A DNA stretch of 64,000 bases from a bacterium (GTDB lineage: Bacteria > UBA8248 > JACPRG01 > G963555815), in the NCBI GenBank assembly GCA_965218795.1, contig OZ244653.1, positions 1,664,001 through 1,728,000 of the forward strand, given 5' to 3'. The notes below the pieces were generated by a model. It had not been told where the DNA came from. It ran no database searches and saw nothing but the letters and a program-made list of their open reading frames with translations. Shown piece by piece: positions 18,792 to 28,013 of this stretch. A program made the position numbers and the translations under genes. Every line of letters starts with the position of its first letter. Positions within the stretch are counted from its first letter, which is position 1.

Positions 18792-19523
18792 TTATCGATG
18801 CCTCGATCCGTGAAAGAGAAACGGGCGCCGCCACTGAAAGCCGAGACCGGTATCCACGACAGCCCCCTCGCCCGCCTGACCCGAGTCGTCGCCGACGCCC
18901 TGGTGGTCGAGGAACGCCCGGCGGAACTTTTCCGCCAGCCGGCGGGCTTCGTCCGCGCGGGATCGATAGTCGGTCACGTCGGCGGAGAGACCCGGGTCCT
19001 TGGTGGACAGGTAGCGGGCGGCGATGGCTTCCAGGCAGAAGGCCGCGGCCAGGTTCGCCACGGCCTCCTCGTCCGCCGCGGGGAGCGTGGACTGCGAGCC
19101 GTCCAGCGTATGCCGGGCGGCATAGAAGACGCGGAAGGTCTCCGTTGCCGCCGGCGTTGCGGAACGGAACCGCAGATAGTCTTCCGCGCCGCCCGAAACG
19201 ACCTTCGCGATCACGGCGAAGTCGTCTTCGTCTACGGCCGACTCCGATGGCGAGGCGTCATCCACCGGGTAAACGAGCCGGCGGATATCCGAGAACCCTT
19301 CCTCCCAGGCGGCCAGAACGGCCGAGTCCCCGGTCAGCGGGTAATCGAACCCGCCGTCGCCGGCCGCGTCCTCGATGACGATCCGGGGCCGGCGGCGGGA
19401 GTACTGCTTCACCGCCTCTTGCGTGAGGGCGTCCACGTCTCCGCCGGCCGCTGCCGAGAGGAACGATCCCTTGTCCTGGATCTTCCGGATGACCATGATT
19501 CGAATGTCTGAAATGTTCGCCAC
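18792..19523 (-). CDS. Head-tail connector / adaptor protein
   Basis: GTG start; EAVKQYSRRRP..EAVANLAAA; position after the capsid gene. Confidence 0.65.
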   Translation of the reverse strand: MANISDIRIMVIRKIQDKGSFLSAAAGGDVDALTQEAVKQYSRRRPRIVIEDAAGDGGFDYPLTGDSAVLAAWEEGFSDIRRLVYPVDDASPSESAVDEDDFAVIAKVVSGGAEDYLRFRSATPAATETFRVFYAARHTLDGSQSTLPAADEEAVANLAAAFCLEAIAARYLSTKDPGLSADVTDYRSRADEARRLAEKFRRAFLDHQGVGDDSGQAGEGAVVDTGLGFQWRRPFLFHGSRHR

Positions 19524-19589
19524 GTTCGCTCCCTCACCCGGCCTTCGGCCACCCTCTCCCAGGAGGAGAGGGAATTCTTGGTCGCCCGG

Positions 19590-19763
19590 AGGCAACGCGC
19601 CTCCGCGTCCTCGCCAGGTCTCCGACCTGGACCGCATTGGCAACCTCCGGTTGCATCGCGTTAGGCACTCGCCTGCGGCGAGATGCCACCAGCCGACAAC
19701 GTGCCGGGGCGATATGGCCGCGTCTGACAATCCGAGGCGCGGCAAAATCGCCATAGCGCGTCG
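19590..19763. repeat. Two-hairpin intergenic repeat locus 8
   Basis: CCAGGTCTCCGACCTGGACCGCATT and GCAACCTCCGGTTGCATCGCGTTAGGCACTCGCCTGCGGCGAG. Confidence 0.9.
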
Positions 19764-20045
19764 CTATTCGTACCAAACCACGTATTCATTGCCGCCTGAA
19801 TCGATCCCGGCGAACAGGCCGTCCGCGAAGGAGACGCCCGCGGGGAACGTGATATCCGAGAGAGCGCCGGCGGCCGCCGAGATCTCGGCGATTTTCTTGC
19901 CGGCCGCATCCGCGCCGTCATACAGGACGAGGGTGGCCGTATCGTCGCCCCCCTTGAGCTGGGCGCCCCAAAGGGCGCCCGAGGTCGATTTGATGGAAGC
20001 GTCCGCCGTTTTGGCGCCGCTGCTGGTGGCAAGGTTGTATGGCAT
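19764..20045 (-). CDS. Small virion protein (decoration-like)
   Basis: 93 aa, beta-rich, ATLVLYDG, GVSFADGLF; its SD comes from the repeat. Confidence 0.6.
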   Translation of the reverse strand: MPYNLATSSGAKTADASIKSTSGALWGAQLKGGDDTATLVLYDGADAAGKKIAEISAAAGALSDITFPAGVSFADGLFAGIDSGGNEYVVWYE

Positions 20046-20047
20046 AA

Positions 20048-20205
20048 GGCAACCTCCCGTTGCATCGCATTGGGCACTCGCCTGCGGCGAGATGCCATGT
20101 GAATCGTAGCGGCGGGTCACCGTCCCCGCCCGCCCCACAAAAAAGCCGGAGTATCTTGCCCCTGCCGCCCAACGGAACCGTCAGGGCGGCGAAATGCCCG
20201 TGGCG
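20048..20205. repeat. Two-hairpin intergenic repeat locus 9
   Basis: GCAACCTCCCGTTGCATCGCATTGGGCACTCGCCTGCGGCGAGATGCC; the first ~80 bp are nearly identical to locus 1. Confidence 0.9.
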
Positions 20206-20213
20206 GCTCACCA

Positions 20214-22307
20214 CTACGCGACGACGGATTTGTACATGCCGCGGTGGTCCAGAACGTCGCCGCCGTAGACGTGCCGGATCTTGTACGTGATGACGTCGGA
20301 GTCGAAGACGCTGCCGACGCTGGGCGCATCCTGAACGAACAACTCGGGATCTTCCCGCCCCTCGAAGAAGCCGATCTCGACGGTCGGGCAGAGGGCCGGG
20401 TCGCAGACGACCGTCCAGTCGCCCGCGTCCGTCCAGTAATCGACGACGATGACTTCCATGCTTTGATACAGGTTCGGCGTCGTCGCGTTCTCGCCTGTGT
20501 TGACGTACGCGGAGGAGGTCGCCAGCCGCCAGGCCAGGTGCTCGAGCTCGTTGGGGACGAGAAGAAACCTGGGCACGATGCCCAGGATTTCGGTCGCCGC
20601 CCCGAAGGCCGCCTGAGAGCGCATGGCCGTGCGGGCCGCGTCCAGTTCCGCGCTGGACAGCGCGCTCGACCCCAGATTGTTGTGGTTGGCGTGGAACAGC
20701 GCCGTGCTGTCGTAATCCAGGGTGGGGTTGTCCTCGATGAAATCAAAGGCGAACCGGTACAGCGTAATGGCGGCGGCCCGGCCCAGCCGCATCGGGATCC
20801 GGCGAATCGCCCCCACGTCGTCATTGGCGATCATCTCGATGGTGAGGTCGTCGGTTCCGCCGCGCTTGGTGGCCGCGTAGGTGACCTCCTCATCGCCCGG
20901 GGAGGTGAGGGCCTGGTACGTCCCGCGCTCCGCGACCGCCGGCAGTACGCCGTAGCCGCCCATCCGCATCCTGCGCTGGGTCCGGAAGTCCGACACCGAC
21001 GTGATATCGCTGACGATCTTTCGCCAGTCGGTCAGCCCGGGGAGGTTGTATTCCGCAATCATCCGGCGGGTGATGGAATCCCCCAGGATCTCCGCCCAGC
21101 CGGAGGTCGACAGCGATTCCCGTATCTTCCGCAGGGCCGCCTCCCTGAGACGGGGGCTGGAGCCGGTTCGCTCGCTCATGTGGTGGGGGTAGGTTTCCTG
21201 GAGGATCTGATAGGCATCGCCCCAGTCGCCCGTCACCTTGCGGTAGGCTTCACGGAAGGACCGGAACCGCGACACCCCGTCGATGTCCCGGCCCGCAAAG
21301 AATCCGTCCAGGGCGGAGCCGAGCTTGTCGCGCGGGTCGTCGCCCGCCTCGATGCCCAACCCGAGCCCCCGGACGTGGCCGCTCTGTTCCACGGCGGCCC
21401 AGACCTTGCGGTCCTCGGCGATTCGAGCGACGAGTTCCGGGGTCTCGAATACCCGGGAATCGAAATCGCGCCGGATGGCCGACTGGACGGGCTGGGGAAG
21501 TCCGCTCGCAGGGAGGCGGCTCTCCAGAACCGCCTGGCACCCGGCCAGACGGGCCTCATGAACGCGGGCTTCCGGGGAAGAACCTGGATCCCCCTGGGGC
21601 GAAGCATCGGCCCGGTCTTCCTCCGGCCATTTGACCGCGATCGCCTGCTCGATCTCTCCAAGCAGATGTTCTTCCGTCGCCTCCTCGGAAACGGAACGGT
21701 TCGGGTCCACCTTTTCAAGCAAAGCCAGCAATCTTTCCTTCATCGTCTCCTCCTCCTGATTCACCGCGGCCGGCCGGTCCGCCGCCACCAGCCGCAAGAC
21801 TGCGCCTCCCGCGGCCGGGTCGGTCACCATGTCCACGGAAAACACCTTGACAATCTCCTTCACCTCGATGACCTCACCTTCCGCCGTTCGGCGGGGCTCA
21901 CACTGCGCCAGGGCGTCGATGGAAAAGCCCACGATGTCGCGCTTGCCCCGCTCCCACGCGTCTATCAGGAGCTCGCGAAGGCGTCCCGCGGCCGGGGAAA
22001 GCTTGAACAGGGCGCGGATACCCCCGCCCTCGAACCTGGGGGCCTCGAACCACCCCACGATGTCCTCGACGCTTCGTTCGGGGCGCTCCTGTATCTCCAT
22101 TCGGGTCGCGTGGTCGGCGAAGGCCTTGACGCCCTCGAAGAGGGGGGCGGCACGGCGCAGGGCATCCTCGGGGTAGAGGTTTCCGTTGGCTGAAAGACCC
22201 GATTCGATGAGGACGACCTCCCACTCGAGACCCTCGCGCCCCTTGACCCGTTCCAGGAGCCTGGCCGTTTCCCGTATCCGTCTGCGGGGCGGGGCCGGTT
22301 GCTTCAT
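20214..22307 (-). CDS. Prohead protease - major capsid protein fusion (Mu gpT-like capsid)
   Basis: N-terminal GLSANGNLY..FADH..GFSI..SVDMVTDPAAGG protease; C-terminal capsid with DFRTQ, IANDD, PRFLLVP, YKIRHVYG. Confidence 0.85.
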   Translation of the reverse strand: MKQPAPPRRRIRETARLLERVKGREGLEWEVVLIESGLSANGNLYPEDALRRAAPLFEGVKAFADHATRMEIQERPERSVEDIVGWFEAPRFEGGGIRALFKLSPAAGRLRELLIDAWERGKRDIVGFSIDALAQCEPRRTAEGEVIEVKEIVKVFSVDMVTDPAAGGAVLRLVAADRPAAVNQEEETMKERLLALLEKVDPNRSVSEEATEEHLLGEIEQAIAVKWPEEDRADASPQGDPGSSPEARVHEARLAGCQAVLESRLPASGLPQPVQSAIRRDFDSRVFETPELVARIAEDRKVWAAVEQSGHVRGLGLGIEAGDDPRDKLGSALDGFFAGRDIDGVSRFRSFREAYRKVTGDWGDAYQILQETYPHHMSERTGSSPRLREAALRKIRESLSTSGWAEILGDSITRRMIAEYNLPGLTDWRKIVSDITSVSDFRTQRRMRMGGYGVLPAVAERGTYQALTSPGDEEVTYAATKRGGTDDLTIEMIANDDVGAIRRIPMRLGRAAAITLYRFAFDFIEDNPTLDYDSTALFHANHNNLGSSALSSAELDAARTAMRSQAAFGAATEILGIVPRFLLVPNELEHLAWRLATSSAYVNTGENATTPNLYQSMEVIVVDYWTDAGDWTVVCDPALCPTVEIGFFEGREDPELFVQDAPSVGSVFDSDVITYKIRHVYGGDVLDHRGMYKSVVA

Positions 22308-22735
22308 GGCGCCTCCTTTTCGGTTTGTCCGGCGTCCATTTCGATGACCACCCGGTCCCCGGATTCGGGGACGAGGACGATTCGTCCGCGACCGTGGTTG
22401 TAGTGCGTCAGGAGTTGCTCCGCCTTCATGCCGTTTTTGCGCAACGCCTCCGCGAGACCTTCATCATCCGGGCCCCCGATACGGGGCGTTGACGGATTGG
22501 GGGCCCGGCTTTCGGGCCGGACGCGCTTCAGCTCGGTTTCCAGCTCCCGGACCCGTGCGCTGAGCCGCTCGTTTTCGGCGAGGACGACTTTCAGGTCAGG
22601 CTGCGATTTTGAAAACTGGGATGTCGCGCGTTTTCTCGAGGAAGAAGAAAGATGTTTTTTCTGACTCCTCCCAAGCGTCTCTTTCTTCCCTGCTCGGGCC
22701 GCGGGGCTGGCCCGCTTCCGTTTCGGCTCCGGCAT
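22304..22735 (-). CDS. Hypothetical phage protein (basic N-terminus, coiled coil)
   Basis: AAAGGAG SD; ATGA overlap with the capsid gene. Confidence 0.55.
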   Translation of the reverse strand: MPEPKRKRASPAARAGKKETLGRSQKKHLSSSSRKRATSQFSKSQPDLKVVLAENERLSARVRELETELKRVRPESRAPNPSTPRIGGPDDEGLAEALRKNGMKAEQLLTHYNHGRGRIVLVPESGDRVVIEMDAGQTEKEAP

Positions 22736-22762
22736 TGCGGTCTCCTTTCGGCCTCCGGACAC

Positions 22763-22796
22763 AAAAAGACCCCGCCGGGTTTTCGCCCGACGGGGT
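22763..22796 (-). terminator. Intrinsic terminator inside the virion operon
   Basis: CCCCGTCGGG-CGAAAA-CCCGGCGGGG followed by TCTTTTTG. Confidence 0.65.
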
Positions 22797-22864
22797 TGTG
22801 AATTCCATCTAATTGATTTTCTTAGGGACCGTCTGATTTCACAAAATGATGCAAAGGTGTAGTT

Positions 22865-23854
22865 CTATTTTCTTCTCCGTTTTTTTGGATTCCGTCCCAT
22901 TTTCTTCGGACTGTTCTCAACGCCCATAGGTTCTATATGAGCGACGCTAAACTGTCCTCTTCCAACATGATTCTCAATGATCTTAAAGGTTGTAGATTGT
23001 TCAAAGGTTATTCGACCTGCATGAAAAACAGAAAGAATGGCTTCCTGCAAGTCTTGATCATCCTCAAAATGCGTGATTTTGAGGCCACATGCCTCAAATT
23101 TTCGTCTCGAAAGCATTCTTCCATGCGACAGGCTTTTGCTGTGATCCAAAAGGTCATCAACGATTTTTTTGGCTCTTTCCCGTGCGTCTGCTTCATCAGC
23201 TAAATGATATTTCTCAGCCCACTTTCTCACTAGCTCCTCAGCTAATGCTGTTGAGTTTGCGCAAGTTGTCAACAATGCCGGACCATATTGCGGAAGAATC
23301 GGTGCCCAGGATGTGTAATTTCTGCTGTCTTGGTGAAGCTCGCGCTTCGCAAGTTCAAATTGATCGAGGATGGCCTGGGCTGGCAACATCCTCCTTCCTA
23401 ATGGTGTATCCAACAAAACTTGAGGATCTATGGGTCCAAGGAATGAATGTTTACCCATCAGAATTTCATTCCCACTCAGTGCGAGCATGGTGCCAGCCGA
23501 CATCGCGGCGTGAGGAATAAAGAAACGAATATGATCAAATTTCTCTCTGAGGTAGGTCACTATAGATTCGGTCGCCTCTGGACTCCCGCCCGGAGTATGG
23601 AGAATTATGTCAAGTTCTGATCCTTTGAGACCGTGGATGGCCGCCATAAACCCCTGAATATCAGCTACGTCAATCATTAACGAGCTGCCTTCCGGCGACG
23701 GTAGAGGCCACCTGCTCAAGTACTGGATTGTGTTCCTGTTGGTGACCTCGAATAGCTGGTTTAGATACTTTCGGCGGACAATGTCTCGTCCTTGAGTCCC
23801 GTGCCTTGCGACAGCATCCTTTATTTCGTTTAGGATTTCGTTCCAAGAGCCCAT
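22865..23854 (-). CDS. SDH-family ClpP-fold (S49-like) serine protease, low-GC moron
   Basis: LDIILHTPGG, AMSAGTMLALSG, SFLGPIDPQ, SHGR. Confidence 0.85.
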   Translation of the reverse strand: MGSWNEILNEIKDAVARHGTQGRDIVRRKYLNQLFEVTNRNTIQYLSRWPLPSPEGSSLMIDVADIQGFMAAIHGLKGSELDIILHTPGGSPEATESIVTYLREKFDHIRFFIPHAAMSAGTMLALSGNEILMGKHSFLGPIDPQVLLDTPLGRRMLPAQAILDQFELAKRELHQDSRNYTSWAPILPQYGPALLTTCANSTALAEELVRKWAEKYHLADEADARERAKKIVDDLLDHSKSLSHGRMLSRRKFEACGLKITHFEDDQDLQEAILSVFHAGRITFEQSTTFKIIENHVGRGQFSVAHIEPMGVENSPKKMGRNPKKRRRK

Positions 23855-23863
23855 TCATTCACA

Positions 23864-24073
23864 CTAAAGCGCTGTTCCATTGGATAAAGAGAGCTTTGGT
23901 TCTACCCTGGTCATCGCTGTCAATTTAGCTGCCTCGCGGTTCTCAGCCTGACACATTTCGACCAATTCCATCACTTCGGCCACACCGGGCTCTTGAAGGG
24001 CTTTCTTGAGCAGTTTTTGCTGCTCCTTTTGAAGCTCCTCCGCCTGTCTCCTTTTTGAGGCTTTCTTTTCCAT
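23864..24073 (-). CDS. Small protein coupled to the SDH protease
   Basis: 69 aa, PGVAEVMELVE; GGAGG upstream. Confidence 0.55.
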   Translation of the reverse strand: MEKKASKRRQAEELQKEQQKLLKKALQEPGVAEVMELVEMCQAENREAAKLTAMTRVEPKLSLSNGTAL

Positions 24074-24218
24074 TGACGCACCCTCCGCACTGGATGTGCA
24101 AGACAGTCAATCAATACTTGCCTTTCGAGAGCATATTAGCTACTCGTCAGCTAACCTGCAACTTGCTTGCCAGAACATTTTACGGCTCAGACACGTTTAA
24201 GGCTATTTCATTCCTGTT

Positions 24219-25568
24219 TCACAGCCCGATCTCCCCCAGCAGCAGGGTCGCGCCTTGGGCGGCGGTCTCGCGGTCGATGTAGCCCATCTCTTCGGCCTTG
24301 GCGAGGGCGTGGACCCCTCGATCGAGGGATTCAGTGGCGCGGTTCAGATCCCGGCCGGCCGGCTCGGGGAGGGTGACGGAGAAGTCGTGCAGGACACGGT
24401 TGACCCGATCCGGGTCGCTTGCCGTCAGCTCCGGCGAGACCGAGGCCCGCATCTCCGGATTGAACGTCCACCATTGGTCCAGGACGAACCGGAAGACCCT
24501 CTCGATCATGTGCGCGACGAAACGCTGGCGGGACTTGATCCGCTTGATGATGGGATCCGCCATCTCCGCCGCCGTGGCGCGGTTCACGTCCTCGCCGCGG
24601 CCGAAGAAGTGCTCGGCGAACCCCGCGCCTCCGATGATGTGGCCGCGGAACTCCCGGGCCGCCCGGCTGTTGTCCTGATGGTCCAGGTTCGGCGTGACGG
24701 CCTGTAGATTCTCGTGGCGGTTGTGGGCGTAAACGGCGCCCGGCCTGAGATCCTTGAGCATGGCCGCCTTCTCGCGCAGCTTTTTGGCGTCCGCTCCATC
24801 CACCGTGAGATCGAAGATGAACCGCTTGGCCAGAACCGTCCGCTCCATGTCGTCGAAGAGGAACTGGTCGTAGGCGTCCAGAAAGTCGGCCAGGGCCATC
24901 AGATCGGGCGTCCCGCGCGCGGCGGTGCTCGTCTTGTTGACGGCGAAGTAAAAGCAATCGCCCACGAGCCGCCCAAACGAGGGGCTGACGGGCTTTTCAT
25001 CCGGCAGGATAACCGCCAGGGTTCTGGCTTCCATCCGCTCGCGGCCCTTTCGGACGACGGCCGCCGTGATGCGGGCGTTTCCGGGGTCCGTCTTCACCTG
25101 GGCGATCTTCTCCGCGTCCAGGACGCCCAGGCGCACATGCCCGTCCGCCCGGTTCACGAAGACGGGCAGGCAGAGCTCTCCGAAAAGCCCCAGGTCGCGG
25201 ACAAGGGCGTGCTGGTGGATGTCCCATGCGTTCACCCAATCGTTCCAGTGATTGTCGAGGACACGTTGCAGGAGGGGTTGAGCATGGGCGTACGTGATCC
25301 CCTTGCCGATCACCCAGTCTTTCAGGTCCTCCGTGAGACGGAAGGCCAAGGGGTTGGTCTTGTAGAGGATATAGGCCGTTCGAATGGCGCGGTCCTGCCG
25401 GTCGGGCGAGAGGTCGCGGTCGCCGCTTCCCGTCAACGAGCGAAAGAGATGATCATCCGCGTCCACGCCCTCTCCCAGGGGAAGCGCCTCGTTGACCCTC
25501 CGAAGAATTCCGGGACGGGTCAAAGCCCAGTTCACACTCTTCCGCTTCCAGCGATCGATCAAACTCAT
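24219..25568 (-). CDS. Phage portal protein
   Basis: LYKTNPLAFRL, LFGELCLPV, RGTPDL, NRATAAEM; follows terL. Confidence 0.8.
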   Translation of the reverse strand: MSLIDRWKRKSVNWALTRPGILRRVNEALPLGEGVDADDHLFRSLTGSGDRDLSPDRQDRAIRTAYILYKTNPLAFRLTEDLKDWVIGKGITYAHAQPLLQRVLDNHWNDWVNAWDIHQHALVRDLGLFGELCLPVFVNRADGHVRLGVLDAEKIAQVKTDPGNARITAAVVRKGRERMEARTLAVILPDEKPVSPSFGRLVGDCFYFAVNKTSTAARGTPDLMALADFLDAYDQFLFDDMERTVLAKRFIFDLTVDGADAKKLREKAAMLKDLRPGAVYAHNRHENLQAVTPNLDHQDNSRAAREFRGHIIGGAGFAEHFFGRGEDVNRATAAEMADPIIKRIKSRQRFVAHMIERVFRFVLDQWWTFNPEMRASVSPELTASDPDRVNRVLHDFSVTLPEPAGRDLNRATESLDRGVHALAKAEEMGYIDRETAAQGATLLLGEIGL

Positions 25569-25825
25569 TTCGATTCCTCTGTCGGCGCTGTGGCCGCCGT
25601 TTGGATGGTTCGGGCGCAGGCCCAGGTCGAAGGAACATCCCTCACCGGGTCGGCGAGACAAGCCCCCCACCGCATCAGCCTTCGCCTCACGGCTCGGCTT
25701 CTGCGACTCCCCCTCAAGGGGGGAGTGATTGGATCGGGGATTGGACAGTCGAAGATGCCCGGCCCATGCCCCGCCCGTGCACGCGCCTTGCATGGTGTCG
25801 TCGGCCCACAACCTGCCTGTCACCC

Positions 25826-25957
25826 CGGCAGGCTTTCGCCTGCACCGCATGAGCCACCCTGGCGCTTGGGACTGTGTCCCTTCGCTTGGATGGCTCGGCC
25901 TTTCGCGACGCCAGCGTCAGCGCCAGCGTCGCCAATGCGATGCAACGGGACGTTGCC
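25826..25957. repeat. Two-hairpin repeat locus 10 overlapping the terL 3' end
   Basis: GCAGGCTTTCGCCTGCACCGCAT ... AATGCGATGCAACGGGACGTTGCC. Confidence 0.9.
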
Positions 25958-27503
25958 GGTACAGGCTCCGGCGCGAATACTTCCGGCTCTCGGCTGATTC
26001 CCCGAGGAGGACCGCTTCCGAGGCCGGTATGCCGCAGGCCGCCCACCAGGCCAGCGCAAAGCTGTGGGCGTGGTCCGGGCTCCTCACCGGCCCCTGCCTC
26101 GCGCTTCCGGGGAAGCGCCGGGCCGCCTCGTCGGGGTCGACGATACGGATTCCGCCGGGCTTGATCTCGTACCGCATCGATGAAAGCTGGCTGACGAGGC
26201 CGTCCAGGTCGTTTTTTCGGAGCTCCGCCCTCGATGCCTCCAGGGCAATCCGGCCGGTTTCAAACGCCCGTCGGAGGCGCCAGAACATCTCCGATTTCAG
26301 GTTGAGAAACCGGTCGGCGTCGGAGGTCGCCGCGCCGAATTGAATCGGGAGAACCTCCAACCCCGCCTCCCACAGCAGGTCCGTGACGCCGCCCCCGACC
26401 CCCGTGTCATCCACCGCGACAACATCGATTTCCCAATCAGCCGCCAGGAGCGCCGCCTCCCCGAAGATCTCCACGATCCCTCTTTTTTCCCGGGCCCGAA
26501 TGAGCCGCAGCCTGCCGGGGAGAGAGCCGTTTCCGATCGGGATTGAGGGCGGCGGGGGCACCGCCTCGATGATCGTGAATACCGTGCGGTCGGAGCCATA
26601 GCGGGCAACATCGACCCCCAGGGCCAAACGGTTTTTGGCCATGCGAGGCTCGTCTGCTTCACGAGGGGCCCCTTCCCTCACCGAGACCTGAGGATCCAGC
26701 GGAACCTGGAAGCCTGCGAATCCCTGCATGGCCGACTCGATGTGCGAAAGCGGGATCAACGTATCCTCCCCTTCATCCGGAAATTCCCCGAGGACCCTGG
26801 CCTGATAGACGGGCAAGGACTCCCCCCATTCCGCTTTGCGGGCCGCAATCCAGTCCGGAGAAACCCGGGGGGTGATCGAAGATTGCGATGGGATGGAGCT
26901 TCCCCTCTCCCACCGGCCGAGGCAGGGGATATGAAACGTCTTCCAGGTCGCCCGCAGCTTGGTGAAGACCTGATGGAAGTATCCCAGCCGGGCGCCCGGC
27001 GTGCTGATCAGGAAAATCTTCGCGTCCGTGGTGAGGGCCCCCTGGATGCCGTCGAAGATGGAGTCGGAGACTCCTTTCGCCTCATCGACCACGTACAGGA
27101 GATGGGGCGCGTGGAACCCTTCCAGATTCTCCGGCCGCTCCGCCGACATCCCGACGGCGAACCATTCCTCCTCGAACCCCTTGACCGCCATACGGGTCTG
27201 ACTGAGCGACAGCTCCCTGGCCAGGACGGATTCCCGCACCCAGCGGTGGATCTCCGCCCAGAGGATATCGCGCACCTGCTTCTCGAACGTCGGGGCGGTC
27301 GTCGGAACCTTGGAAAGGGGACGGGTCACGAGGAACCAGGTCACCGCCCACGCGGCGACGGCTGTCTTGCCGACGCCGTGCCCGCTCCTTACGGCCACCC
27401 GCGGGGATTCGGCCAGGGCGTCCAGGACGTCCGCCTGGTACGGTTCGGGTTCGGCCCCCAGAATGTTCTGAATGAAGTGGACAGGATGATCCCAGAAGGT
27501 CAT
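25917..27503 (-). CDS. terL: Terminase large subunit (alternative start at 27554)
   Basis: Walker A SGHGVGKT, Walker B YVVDEA, ISTP, nuclease motifs LGVDVARYGSD and SPDHA. Confidence 0.9.
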   Translation of the reverse strand: MTFWDHPVHFIQNILGAEPEPYQADVLDALAESPRVAVRSGHGVGKTAVAAWAVTWFLVTRPLSKVPTTAPTFEKQVRDILWAEIHRWVRESVLARELSLSQTRMAVKGFEEEWFAVGMSAERPENLEGFHAPHLLYVVDEAKGVSDSIFDGIQGALTTDAKIFLISTPGARLGYFHQVFTKLRATWKTFHIPCLGRWERGSSIPSQSSITPRVSPDWIAARKAEWGESLPVYQARVLGEFPDEGEDTLIPLSHIESAMQGFAGFQVPLDPQVSVREGAPREADEPRMAKNRLALGVDVARYGSDRTVFTIIEAVPPPPSIPIGNGSLPGRLRLIRAREKRGIVEIFGEAALLAADWEIDVVAVDDTGVGGGVTDLLWEAGLEVLPIQFGAATSDADRFLNLKSEMFWRLRRAFETGRIALEASRAELRKNDLDGLVSQLSSMRYEIKPGGIRIVDPDEAARRFPGSARQGPVRSPDHAHSFALAWWAACGIPASEAVLLGESAESRKYSRRSLYRQRPVASHWRRWR

Positions 27504-27510
27504 CCATCCT

Positions 27511-27870
27511 TCAGCCGCCTTGTCCAGATTTCCGTTGCCTGTATTTTTTTTCATATTCTTCGGCGGCCCTGCGGGCGATGTCGGCGAACGTGGCGTCAAA
27601 ATCCGAGGCCGACTCCAGTTTCTTTCGGGCGTCCTTGGCCCAGAGGTCGGCCAGATAGAGCAGGCACCGTACCTTCAGTTCCTCCTTCAAGCCGGACTCC
27701 ATGGCCAGACGGGCGATTTCCTCGAGCGCCTCCTTCCCCTTCGTTCGGATGAGGTCCTCGACGTCTTCATCGGACGGGGCGCTTCCGGTGTTTCCGGTCT
27801 TGGGTTCGGCGGGGGCCTCGGCCGGGGAACCGATTGTCTTCTGCTTCTGCTTTTTCTTTCTCCGCGACAT
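27511..27870 (-). CDS. Putative terminase small subunit
   Basis: 119 aa helical protein immediately upstream of terL. Confidence 0.5.
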   Translation of the reverse strand: MSRRKKKQKQKTIGSPAEAPAEPKTGNTGSAPSDEDVEDLIRTKGKEALEEIARLAMESGLKEELKVRCLLYLADLWAKDARKKLESASDFDATFADIARRAAEEYEKKYRQRKSGQGG

Positions 27871-27891
27871 GCGCCATTTTCCGTTCACCGC

Positions 27892-27987
27892 AAAAAGGAG
27901 ACCCGGCGGATTCTTCCGCCGGGCCTTCGATGCTTTCTCCAAAAACAAAAAGGAGAGGACAGGCCACCCTGGGCCCGGCTCCTCTCC
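27892..27987 (-). terminator. Two tandem intrinsic terminators in the leader of the virion operon
   Basis: GGAGAGGA..TCCTCTCC-TTTTTGTTTTT and CCCGGCGGA-AGAA-TCCGCCGGG-TCTCCTTTTT. Confidence 0.6.
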
Positions 27988-28013
27988 CAATGACTTTCGT
28001 TCAGCTTACGATA

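Noticed and set aside
20244-22193. Long opposite-strand ORFs (also 3897-5315, 41070-42434, 53177-55399)
   Set aside because: Antisense shadows of GC-rich genes
1686-25957. Integron attC sites (GTTAGGC/GCCTAAC occurs in some copies; elements follow stop codons)
   Set aside because: The core-site-like heptamer is internal and present in only one module type; loci are not single RYYYAAC..GTTRRRY hairpins; no IntI in the window
1686-25957. Hammerhead ribozymes or canonical CsrA sites
   Set aside because: No CUGANGA core on either strand, and the GGA loops lack the ANGGA context
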